This document shows positions 18,902-27,549 of a DNA stretch of 64,000 nt, in pieces. Positions within the stretch are counted from its first letter, which is position 1. Each line of letters starts with the position of its first letter. This DNA comes from Terriglobia bacterium (GTDB taxonomy: Bacteria > Acidobacteriota > Terriglobia > 20CM-2-55-15). Both the position numbers and the translations under genes were made by a program. The stretch spans positions 64,001 to 128,000 of the forward strand of contig CBDAOY010000006.1 of the NCBI GenBank assembly GCA_965198225.1, given 5' to 3'. The notes under the pieces were generated by a model, which searched no databases, had not been told where the DNA came from, and worked only from the letters and a program-made list of their open reading frames with translations.

Positions 18902-19081
18902 GTAGGTGCGCTCTATGAGCGCACATCGTTTCGGCTTGAGGGAGGCGTGGGGGGACCGGACCAGCTGTCTTTCTCAACACATCCGCGCACTGCGATTGGT
19001 TCTTGAACGCTCACGTCTTCGTCGGGAGGGGGACGGTGGGCCCGGCGCTAATGAATAGCTCCGGTCATAGACCGCACCTAC
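18902..19081 (+). repeat. Long REP-bounded composite element, copy 3
   Basis: Close reverse-complement match to 15937-16116. Confidence 0.85.
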
Positions 19082-19118
19082 ACCGGGGGTCACCAGCCTT
19101 GTGCTATCGTCTGGGCTC

Positions 19119-20954
19119 ATGCTTCTCTGGATCGCTCTCTTCTGGATGCAGTCGTCGCTGAATTACGGGTTGCTACAAATCGAGGATTCGCGGCCCGAAG
19201 ACGTCTCCGCTCTCATCGAGGCGCTCGCACACCCGGACCCGAACATCCAACGGCAGGCGGCGCGCGCCCTGGGCCGCTTCGAGCGTCCGGAGCACCAAGG
19301 TGCCGTCGAGGTTCTGGTTCGATCCGATGACCCTTCCGTCAGGCGGGAAGCCATCAACGCCCTGGGCCAGATGGGCACCGCGGTCGATTTTGCCGGACTC
19401 CTGGCCGACGAGCAGAACCCTGACGTCCGTGCGGTCATCTACCGGACGATGGGGCGTCTGCCGGGAGCCGACGAGACGGTGCTTGCGGCCGGACTGGGGG
19501 AAGACGATCCGAGCGTCCGCCAGGGTGCTGCAGCGGGGATCGAAGCGCAGTTTCGACTCCATCGGCGCGGCGAGGCCCCGTCTGCGGAAACGGTCGCGGC
19601 GCTCAGAACCGCGGTCCAGGAAACAGACGACGCAAACGTCCGAAAGCTCGCTCTTCTGGCATTGAACGCGGCCGATGACCGCGACCCGGACACGATCGCG
19701 GCGGCGCTCTCCGACGCCGACCCCCAGGTCCGTCGCCTGGGGGTGATCGCATCGGGAGAATGGCGCGACGATCCATCGCACATCGTGCGCTACGACGCTC
19801 TGCGGCTCGACCCGACATGCGATCGGGCCCGGCAGGCTCTCGCCGACCCCAGCGACCATGTCTCGCTTCTCGCCGTCGATCAGCTCGGCGAACTGGGCTG
19901 CCCCGCAGCGATCATCGCCAGCGTGGCCGATCGCGGGGCGACGTGGAGGCATCGCTCGCGGGCTCTGCTCGCGCTCGCCAACATCGACGCCGTCGCGGCG
20001 CGAGACCGGATCTACCGTTTCATGGCAGATGGTCGCTGGCAGGTTCGAGCGTATGCGGCCCGCGCCGCCCGGCTGCTCGGTGACGCCGAGGCTCTGGGTA
20101 TTCTCGTCCAGGATCGCCACCCCAACGTCGGCGCCGCGGCTCTGAGGAACGCCGCCGACGCCGTTGCCGCGCTCTCCGCGGGCGACTACGGTTTGATCAT
20201 GGAAGCAACTTCGATGCTCGACGACGCTGCGGAACTCAACCCGGGACCCGCTGTACTCAGCGCCCTCTCGCGTATCACTGCTGAAGGTCGTGCCACCTCC
20301 AGAGATCCGCGCACCCGGCTGTTACAGCGCGTGCGGGAGTACGGTGATCCGTCGATGGCGGACCAGCTCGAATCCCTGCTCGCAGACTTCGATCCCGTGA
20401 TCGCCGCACAGGCCGCCGAGATCCTGTCGGAGTGGACCGGGCGGGTCGTCAGCCCGAGCAACAGCCGCTACGAACCGCTGTCGCTGCCCGATGAGTCCTT
20501 CGTTACCGGCCTGGCCGGCGCAACGGCGCTGGTCAGCATGGAGGGGGAAGGGAAGTTCACCTTGCAGTTGATACCGGAAGAAGCTCCCGCTACGGCCTCC
20601 GTCTTTGCCCTGCTGGCGGAGGCGGGTTTCTACAACGGCCTGACCTTCCACCGCGTCGTACCGAATTTCGTCGTGCAGGGTGGAAGCTCTGGAGCCAACG
20701 AATACGTCGGGGACGGGCCGTTCATGCGCGATGAAGTCGGCCTCGTGTCGCACCTGCGGGGAACAGTCGGCATCTCGACTCGGGGCAGAGATACAGGCGA
20801 CGCCCAGATCTTCATCAACCTCGTCGACAACTTCCGCCTCAACCACAACTACACTGTTTTTGCACGGGTCATCGAGGGGATGGAAGTGGTGGACCGGATT
20901 CAAGAGGGGTCGGTCATCGATTCCATTGAAGTCATCCGCTGGATCTTCAACTAG
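19119..20954 (+). CDS. HEAT-repeat protein fused to cyclophilin-type peptidyl-prolyl isomerase
   Basis: Repeats like DPSVRREAINALG; C-terminal FYNGLTFHRVVPNFVVQGG...DTGDAQIFI...YTVFARVIEGMEVVDRI; start could also be GTG 19101. Confidence 0.9.
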   Translation: MLLWIALFWMQSSLNYGLLQIEDSRPEDVSALIEALAHPDPNIQRQAARALGRFERPEHQGAVEVLVRSDDPSVRREAINALGQMGTAVDFAGLLADEQNPDVRAVIYRTMGRLPGADETVLAAGLGEDDPSVRQGAAAGIEAQFRLHRRGEAPSAETVAALRTAVQETDDANVRKLALLALNAADDRDPDTIAAALSDADPQVRRLGVIASGEWRDDPSHIVRYDALRLDPTCDRARQALADPSDHVSLLAVDQLGELGCPAAIIASVADRGATWRHRSRALLALANIDAVAARDRIYRFMADGRWQVRAYAARAARLLGDAEALGILVQDRHPNVGAAALRNAADAVAALSAGDYGLIMEATSMLDDAAELNPGPAVLSALSRITAEGRATSRDPRTRLLQRVREYGDPSMADQLESLLADFDPVIAAQAAEILSEWTGRVVSPSNSRYEPLSLPDESFVTGLAGATALVSMEGEGKFTLQLIPEEAPATASVFALLAEAGFYNGLTFHRVVPNFVVQGGSSGANEYVGDGPFMRDEVGLVSHLRGTVGISTRGRDTGDAQIFINLVDNFRLNHNYTVFARVIEGMEVVDRIQEGSVIDSIEVIRWIFN

Positions 20955-21213
20955 TGGCCTGTAACAGTGCTATCGGTACCATCGCCGATGGGTCTTGCGG
21001 GCGAGGTCGAGGAGGGAGACGGAAAGCGATGCTCATTCATCGGTGACGGCTTCCGACAAAGAGATCGCCCGCAACCCCCATCGGCCCAAAGGGTTCGGCG
21101 GAACGGCGCCGTCTTCGGTGTCGTAACGCCCTCGCAATGAAACAGCATTGGCTCGGGCGTCACTCCTAGAATCCGACGCCGTTCCGCCGAACGCTGGTAC
21201 CGATAGCACTGTT
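20951..21213 (-). mobile_element. Structured MITE-like element, copy A (one outer end eroded)
   Basis: CTAGTGGCCTGTAACAG end; perfect 19-bp IR 20963-20981 / 21195-21213; homologous to 55148-55414. Confidence 0.75.
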
Positions 21214-21307
21214 GCTCCGACGGAGGATTTTGGGGGATCGGCCTCGCCGCATCACGAGAGCGATACCGCCACGTGTGGAACGAACCGGCAAGACCAGCTG
21301 CGCTCTG

Positions 21308-22579
21308 TCAAAGACCACTCGGGTTCAGGTTCCTCAAGGCCTCGACCGCTTCTTCCATCACGTCCATGTTCGGATCCTCCGTCAGCGGTTGAATATAGGG
21401 CTGGGCGTCGGGTTCGCCGATCTCACCGAGCACACGAACGAGCTTCGCCCGGATTTCTGCCTTCGGACTTCGCAGGTACGGATACATCTGGGCTAGTTTC
21501 CCGTCGTACTTGCCGAGCTCGAAAAGGTAGGTCTCAGCCTGGTAATCGAGTCGCGAATCCAGTGCCAGGACCAGCTGTTCCATGTAGGTGGTCCGGCCCG
21601 AAGAAACCAGTGCGAAAGCCTGGGCCAGGCGCACATTCTGACGCCGTTCAGCGTCGATCCGATCCGAGAAGGAAGACGCGTCATAGTCGAGACGAGCGAG
21701 TCCTTCGGCGGCAAGCTCGCGGTAGGTATCGTCGGAATCGTCCAGGAGGGACTCGAAGAGCGAGACCGCCGCCGGTTCCCGCATCAGGGCGATCGACTGG
21801 AGAGAATACTCTCGAAGGTCACCGTTTCTACTGGTCTTGAACAGATTAACCAAGCCGGGGTAGGCGGCCTGGTAGCCCGTGACCCCGACGGCCTGGATCG
21901 CTTCTTCGACGATCCGCTCATCCTCGTCCTTGAGCATCCTCGTCAGGGCAGGCCCGGCTTCCTGGCTTCCGATCACACCCATCGCCTGGATGATCGCCAC
22001 CCGGACGTTCCGGGCTTCGCGGTTCCTGGGACCTTCCAACTGCTCGATCAGTGCGGGCAACTGGTCCACAGCCCGGAGTGAACCCAGGGCGTGGACGGCC
22101 TCAATCCGTACTTCAGGATCGAAGTCCCTCTCGAGCGACTGCACGAGTACCTCTTTTGCAGTCTGATCGACGTAGGTATTGACGCCGACGATCAGTCGCT
22201 CTTCTTCGGAAAACACATTCCGGACGCGACCGATGAAGCTCCAGAAGCCTTCGTCGTCCGCCACCGGTATATACAGGCGGAGAAGAGAGTCGATCGCCTG
22301 TAAGCGCACATCCCGTTCGAAATCGCCCAACAAGGCTTCGGATAGGCCGGGAATCGCTGAACGATCACGAATCTGGCCCAGGGCGGCAACGATGGACGTT
22401 CTCAAATCCTTGCGCGGCTCCTTCTGGTAGGCCTCGACCAGTGCGGGCACAGCTTCGCGGTTCCCGAGGACAGCGGTCGAGGCGATGGCTTCGCGCCGTT
22501 CCTTGGGGCTGAGGCTGTCGAGCGACGGAGTCTGAGCGAAAAACGTCAGAGCGAATGCCGTTAGCAGGATCTGTTGCAT
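21308..22579 (-). CDS. Secreted HEAT-repeat protein
   Basis: Signal-like N terminus; many repeats like DPEVRIEAVHALGSL. Confidence 0.85.
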   Translation of the reverse strand: MQQILLTAFALTFFAQTPSLDSLSPKERREAIASTAVLGNREAVPALVEAYQKEPRKDLRTSIVAALGQIRDRSAIPGLSEALLGDFERDVRLQAIDSLLRLYIPVADDEGFWSFIGRVRNVFSEEERLIVGVNTYVDQTAKEVLVQSLERDFDPEVRIEAVHALGSLRAVDQLPALIEQLEGPRNREARNVRVAIIQAMGVIGSQEAGPALTRMLKDEDERIVEEAIQAVGVTGYQAAYPGLVNLFKTSRNGDLREYSLQSIALMREPAAVSLFESLLDDSDDTYRELAAEGLARLDYDASSFSDRIDAERRQNVRLAQAFALVSSGRTTYMEQLVLALDSRLDYQAETYLFELGKYDGKLAQMYPYLRSPKAEIRAKLVRVLGEIGEPDAQPYIQPLTEDPNMDVMEEAVEALRNLNPSGL

Positions 22580-22733
22580 GGCAGGGTTCCTCGAATTACC
22601 GGTGGCTTAGAGAAGCCACTGGCTGCTACTGGTTTGTTTTCGACGCGGCGGCCGGTGAACAGGCCCTCATTGAGAGTCTACCCGTACCGGACTCCCCGTT
22701 CAGGTCCCTCTTTTCCGCAGCTGCCAGTTCGTC

Positions 22734-23669
22734 TCAATGCGCTCCAAAGTGGCAGTTACAGGAATCGAAATCCCCTCCGCTCAATCCCTCCGGCTCGACC
22801 TGGATGGTCGTGTGATCGATACGGAATCGGTCGTGAGCGATCTCGTGGACCTTTCCCAGGACTTCGATTTGGGGTGAGCCGGATCCGTCCACAACCACAT
22901 GGCAACTCATCGCGACAACGCCGGAAGTCAACGTCCAGACGTGCAGGTCGTGGACCGATGTCACACCCTCGGCTCCGATCAGGTGTTCCTTCAGGTTCGT
23001 CAGGTTGATGTGTGACGGGGTGCTCTCGAGCAGGATGTCGACGGCATCTCGAATCAGAATCCACGAACTGGACAGAATCAGGAGTGCCACGACTCCGCTG
23101 ATCAACCCGTCAGCGAAGTTCCAACCCAGGAACATGATCAGCAGGCTGGCCACGATCGCCCCGACCGAGCCGATCGCGTCGCTCAGGACATGAAAGAAGG
23201 CCCCCCTGACATTGAGGCTCTCCGACTGCTTGCCGAACAGAATGTACGCGCTGACCAGATTGGCGAACAGGCCACCCGAGGCCACGATCAGCATCAGGTT
23301 CGCTCTCACGGCCTGGGGTTCCAACATCCTTTCGTAAGCTTCGTAGCCGATGAGAAGAGCCAGCAGAACCAGGAACACCCCGTTCAGCAGCGCCGCGAGA
23401 ATCTCCACCCGGTAGAAGCCGTATGTCTTGTTTGGCGTTGCCGGTTTGGAGGCAAACCAGATCGCAAAGAAACTCAGACCCAGTGCGGCGACGTCAGTCA
23501 GCATGTGGCCGGCATCGGCCAACAACGCCAGTGAATTGCTGTAGATGCCGCCGATCAACTCGACCACAAGCACGGCGCCCGTGATGATCAGGGCGGTCTT
23601 GATGCTTCCGCTGGCCGAGGCGGAGCGCTCATGGGCGGAGCCGTTGTGCTGGTGAGCGTGCAGTCCCAC
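22734..23669 (-). CDS. Cation diffusion facilitator (CzcD/ZitB-like) transporter
   Basis: SLALLADAGHMLTD, TYGFYRVEILAAL, NVRGAFFHVLSD, VHDLHVW, HTTIQVE. Confidence 0.95.
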   Translation of the reverse strand: MGLHAHQHNGSAHERSASASGSIKTALIITGAVLVVELIGGIYSNSLALLADAGHMLTDVAALGLSFFAIWFASKPATPNKTYGFYRVEILAALLNGVFLVLLALLIGYEAYERMLEPQAVRANLMLIVASGGLFANLVSAYILFGKQSESLNVRGAFFHVLSDAIGSVGAIVASLLIMFLGWNFADGLISGVVALLILSSSWILIRDAVDILLESTPSHINLTNLKEHLIGAEGVTSVHDLHVWTLTSGVVAMSCHVVVDGSGSPQIEVLGKVHEIAHDRFRIDHTTIQVEPEGLSGGDFDSCNCHFGAH

Positions 23670-23883
23670 GATAGCGACAATTATACTACGGCGCCTGCCG
23701 GCCTCTCCCCGTGGGAGCTATCCGGCGTATGCTGGAAAGTGTTGGTTGCAGGGGCTTCGGACCGCTGCGAGTCGCTGTTCGAAAACGCCGCCCCCCAGTC
23801 CGCGCCGCCGGACGGGCTCGAGATGGTCATCTGCTATCGCGAGATAGTCGTCTGCTATAATGGCCAGTTTTTCGACGTGGTGG

Positions 23884-24028
23884 ACGCTTGATCCTCTGGT
23901 TTCAAGATTTACTCTCAGACTGTGGGATCAAGCGTGAGTCAGCCCTCAGCGTTCACCTTCAGCTATTCCGGAAAGGGATGATGTCTTATCCAATTGAGCC
24001 GATAGCTGAAAGCTGATGGCTGATCGGC
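23884..24028 (-). repeat. Composite repeat: 7-nt CAGCYWT arms plus ACGCTTGATC hairpin
   Basis: Stem ACGCTTGATCC 23884-23894 / GGATCAAGCGT 23925-23935; homologous to two copies in 33330-33690. Confidence 0.7.
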
Positions 24029-24039
24029 CGGAGGTACAA

Positions 24040-25215
24040 ATGAGTGAAGGACTGGACGTTCAGAATCAGACGGGGGTTCCGCTAACGCTTCTGTCCGAGG
24101 ACGAGCAACTGTTCCGGGATTCCTGTCGCGCATTTGCGGACACGCGGATCCGCCCGCTCGTGCGCCGGATGGACGAAGAAGCCGCTCTCGACGCCGACGT
24201 AATCCCCGAGTTGTTCGATCTCGGATTGATGGGCATTCATGTTGACGAACCATACGGCGGCGCCGGCGGTTCTTTTTTCATGTCGGTGTTGGCCGTCGAG
24301 GAAATCTCCCGAGTCGATGCGTCGTTCGGGGTTTTCGTGGACGTCCAGAACACTCTGGTCAACAACGCTCTGATGCGGTGGGCGAACGAGGACCAGAAAC
24401 AACACTACCTGTCACGGTTGGCAAAAGACGTCGTCGGCGCCTACGCCCTGTCCGAAGCCGAGTCGGGCAGCGATGCCTTCGCGTTGCGCTGCCGGGCTGT
24501 CGAAGACGGAGAGCATTTTGTGCTGAACGGACAGAAGCTCTGGATAACGAACGCGCTCGAGGCGGGGCTGTTTATCGTCTTTGCGAACGTGAATCCCGAA
24601 CAGGCGTACAAAGGAATCACCGCGTTCCTGATCGAGAAAGACTTTCCTGGATTTCGTGTGGGCAACAAGGAGGATAAACTCGGCATCCGCGCTTCCAGCA
24701 CCTGCGAGCTCATCCTCGAGGATTGCCGGGTGCCGAAGTCCGCTGTTCTCGGCGAGATCGGCAAGGGTTACAAAATCGCCATCGAAACGCTGAACGAGGG
24801 ACGCATCGGCATCGGGGCTCAGATGGTCGGGATAGCGCAGGGCAGCTGGGAGTGCGGGGCCGCCTACGCAAAGGAGCGGCACGCATTCGGCAAGCCGATC
24901 GCCTCGTTCCAGGGTATTCAGTTCCAACTGGCCGAAACGGCGACGCAGTTGGAGGCCGCGCGTTTGATGGTATACAACGCCGCCCGGTTGAAGGACTGCG
25001 GCAAGGACTTCGTCAAGGAAGCGGCTATGGCAAAGTACTTCTCCTCGGTCGTGGCCGAGCACGTTACTTCCCTGATGGTCGAGGTCTACGGCGGGTACGG
25101 ATACACAAAAGATTATCCCGCCGAAAAATACTTCCGCGATTCGAAGATAGGCAAGATCTACGAAGGGACCTCCAACATGCAACTGCAGACGATCGCGAAG
25201 ATTATCCTACGCTGA
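24040..25215 (+). CDS. Acyl-CoA dehydrogenase (short/branched-chain type)
   Basis: YALSEAESGSDA, LNGQKLWITN, KLGIRASST, TLNEGRIGI, GKIYEGTSNMQ; GGAGG RBS before ATG 24040. Confidence 0.95.
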   Translation: MSEGLDVQNQTGVPLTLLSEDEQLFRDSCRAFADTRIRPLVRRMDEEAALDADVIPELFDLGLMGIHVDEPYGGAGGSFFMSVLAVEEISRVDASFGVFVDVQNTLVNNALMRWANEDQKQHYLSRLAKDVVGAYALSEAESGSDAFALRCRAVEDGEHFVLNGQKLWITNALEAGLFIVFANVNPEQAYKGITAFLIEKDFPGFRVGNKEDKLGIRASSTCELILEDCRVPKSAVLGEIGKGYKIAIETLNEGRIGIGAQMVGIAQGSWECGAAYAKERHAFGKPIASFQGIQFQLAETATQLEAARLMVYNAARLKDCGKDFVKEAAMAKYFSSVVAEHVTSLMVEVYGGYGYTKDYPAEKYFRDSKIGKIYEGTSNMQLQTIAKIILR

Positions 25216-26180
25216 TGGCTAAGACGGTACGGGTCCTCCACCATGACAACTGCTTTGACGGCATTGCGTCGGCGGCAGTCTTTTCGCGCTTCTACCGAGG
25301 ATCGATCGATCCCCAAGCGCGTTTCGAGTACCAGGGTCTCGCCCACAAAGCGGGGCAATACATCTTCGAGAGCTATTTCTCGGGTGATGAGAACGTCATC
25401 GTCGACTTCAAATACAGCTCCTCAAAGCGGCTGACGTGGTGGTTCGATCACCATGAGAGCGCCTTCCTCTCCCCTGAAGACGAAGTCCATTTCCGCAAGG
25501 ACACGAGCGGTCAGAAATTCCACGACCCGACCTTCCGCTCGTGCACGAAATACATCGCACATGTTTCCAGAGAGTTGTTCGACTGCTCGATGGCGGATCT
25601 GGAGGAGCTCATCGAATGGGCCGACATCATAGATGGGGCTCAGTTCAAAGACGCCCGCACGGCAGTGGAGCTGAAGGAACCTGCGCTGCAGTTGATGCAG
25701 GTGATCGAGGCGGTCCGGGATGACGAATTGATCCGTGACATCATCCACAAGGTCCAGACCCATTCGCTGCACGAGGTTGCAGCCGAACCCGGGGTTCGCT
25801 CCGTCTTCGATGAACTCTACGAGGCACATCTGCAATCCATCGACATACTCCGCGACACTATGACCTGCGAGGGGGGCGTCGTGGAGTTCGACCTCAGCGC
25901 TCGGGAGATGGAAGGACACAACAAGTTCATCCCTTACTACCTGTTTCCCGAATCCGTCTACACGGTCGGCGTGAGCCTGGGTCCAACGCGGTCGAAGGTG
26001 TCGGTCGGCACCAATCCGTGGACCGATGTCGTGAAGCGACACAACCTGGCGAAGTTGTGCGAGCAGTACGGCGGTGGCGGGCACGCCGTCGTCGCGGCGA
26101 TCTCGTTCAAGCCCGATGCACTGGACGAGGCTCGTAAAGCCGCCCGAGAGATCGCAGAGACGTTGCGCGATGAACCCTGA
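25215..26180 (+). CDS. DHH/DHHA1 family phosphoesterase
   Basis: HHDNCFDG, IVDF, WWFDHH, GGGGH; ATG overlaps the upstream TGA (TGATG). Confidence 0.85.
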   Translation: MAKTVRVLHHDNCFDGIASAAVFSRFYRGSIDPQARFEYQGLAHKAGQYIFESYFSGDENVIVDFKYSSSKRLTWWFDHHESAFLSPEDEVHFRKDTSGQKFHDPTFRSCTKYIAHVSRELFDCSMADLEELIEWADIIDGAQFKDARTAVELKEPALQLMQVIEAVRDDELIRDIIHKVQTHSLHEVAAEPGVRSVFDELYEAHLQSIDILRDTMTCEGGVVEFDLSAREMEGHNKFIPYYLFPESVYTVGVSLGPTRSKVSVGTNPWTDVVKRHNLAKLCEQYGGGGHAVVAAISFKPDALDEARKAAREIAETLRDEP

Positions 26181-27351
26181 TGAAAACGACACGGCCCCCG
26201 TCGGGTTCGATCCCGACCGCGCCTTTCTTCTCGAGCTGTGGACTCGCCGAACCCCGTTCACATACCTCTTTCTCGCCCTGAACTTCCTGATCTTCCTCCT
26301 GATGGAACTTTCCGGCGGGACGACGAACGAGGCCACGCTGCTCGCATTCGGCGTCAAGTCCAACGCAGCAATCGACGGCGGCGAGTTCTGGCGGTTCCTG
26401 ACGCCTGTCTTTATCCACATCGGACTCCTTCATCTCGCATTCAATTCCTACGCGCTTTGGATCGTCGGACAGCAGGTCGAACGCCTCTACGGCAGTGCCC
26501 GGTTTGTCCTTCTTTATGTCTTGATGGGAGCAGCGGGAGCTGCCGGCAGCTACCTTTACCATCCCAATGCGCTGTCGGCTGGCGCGTCCGGTGCGATCTT
26601 CGGCCTGTTCGGAGTCCTCCTGATTTTCGGCATCCGTCACCGTCAAAGAGTACCGGCCTTCTTCAGGCGTGCGGTCCGAGTCGGGATCCTCCCTATCATC
26701 GTCATCAACCTGATCATCGGTTTCTCGATTCCCGCAATCGACAACGCCGCCCACATCGGCGGCCTGGTCGCCGGCGTCGTCCTGGCCGCCTTCGTCGGAT
26801 TCAAGCAGCCCGGTGAACGGACTCCCCGCTCGTACCGGCTTGCGCAGGTCGCGGCCCTAGCGGCGATCCTCTTTGCTTTCGTCCAGGTCGGTCTCCATTA
26901 CGACGGCTCCTCTCCATCCCTGGCCAATCTCGGGCGCGGATGGGCGTCGATCCTCAACGGAAGGTCGGCAACACAGCAGTTCATCGACACGATGAATTCC
27001 GCGCAGGAGGCGTTTCCGGCTTCGCAGAGACTTCTGCGACGACCCCCCGACGATCGGACCTACGAAGAAACGACATCCAGACTGGCCGCCTCCATCGAGC
27101 AGCTCCGCAACCTTCCTTCCCTGTCGTCTTCCGCGGACGAGCTCGTGACCGAACTCCTCCGCGTGATGGAAGAGCAGTACGCCATCGTCCAGGATGTTCG
27201 CCGCGGTGCAGGCCCCCGATCCAGCCAGATGAAGCGGCTGGAATCCAACTCGGCACGCTACCGCAGAGCGGTACGCGCACTATTCGATTGGGTCGAGACG
27301 GACGGCGGCAGGTACGGACTCGACATACGGTCCCAGGGCCCTGAACCGTAG
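26170..27351 (+). CDS. Rhomboid protease with C-terminal soluble helical extension
   Basis: GEFWRFLTPVFIH, HLAFNSYAL, AGASGAIFG, DNAAHIGG; start at ATG 26170. Confidence 0.9.
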   Translation: MNPDENDTAPVGFDPDRAFLLELWTRRTPFTYLFLALNFLIFLLMELSGGTTNEATLLAFGVKSNAAIDGGEFWRFLTPVFIHIGLLHLAFNSYALWIVGQQVERLYGSARFVLLYVLMGAAGAAGSYLYHPNALSAGASGAIFGLFGVLLIFGIRHRQRVPAFFRRAVRVGILPIIVINLIIGFSIPAIDNAAHIGGLVAGVVLAAFVGFKQPGERTPRSYRLAQVAALAAILFAFVQVGLHYDGSSPSLANLGRGWASILNGRSATQQFIDTMNSAQEAFPASQRLLRRPPDDRTYEETTSRLAASIEQLRNLPSLSSSADELVTELLRVMEEQYAIVQDVRRGAGPRSSQMKRLESNSARYRRAVRALFDWVETDGGRYGLDIRSQGPEP

Positions 27352-27360
27352 GTCCGGGCG

Positions 27361-27469
27361 CATTGGAGATTTGAGATTGGAAATTGGAGACCGGAACGCG
27401 AGCATCTGAAATATGCGATCCGCGGTCTCCAATCTCGAATCTGCAATCTACGATCTACAATCTCCAATG
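27361..27469. repeat. Inverted pair of 7-nt tandem arrays (ATTGGAG)n ... (CTCCAAT)n
   Basis: Four units 27362-27389 and six inverted units 27427-27468. Confidence 0.85.
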
Positions 27470-27549
27470 TAGCGGGTATCTGTTGCTTCCCCAGGCGGCC
27501 TGGGGGCATACTGCGAACGGCTGTCGCCTTCCTCAATAAATACGGAGTA

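Noticed and set aside
23631-23891. 86-aa plus-strand ORF in the CDF/acyl-CoA dehydrogenase spacer
   Set aside because: Overlaps the CDF start and a likely promoter; no recognisable motif
24723-25214. Apparent 164-aa N-terminal extension of the DHH protein
   Set aside because: Overlaps the acyl-CoA dehydrogenase out of frame; the coupled ATG at 25215 is the better start
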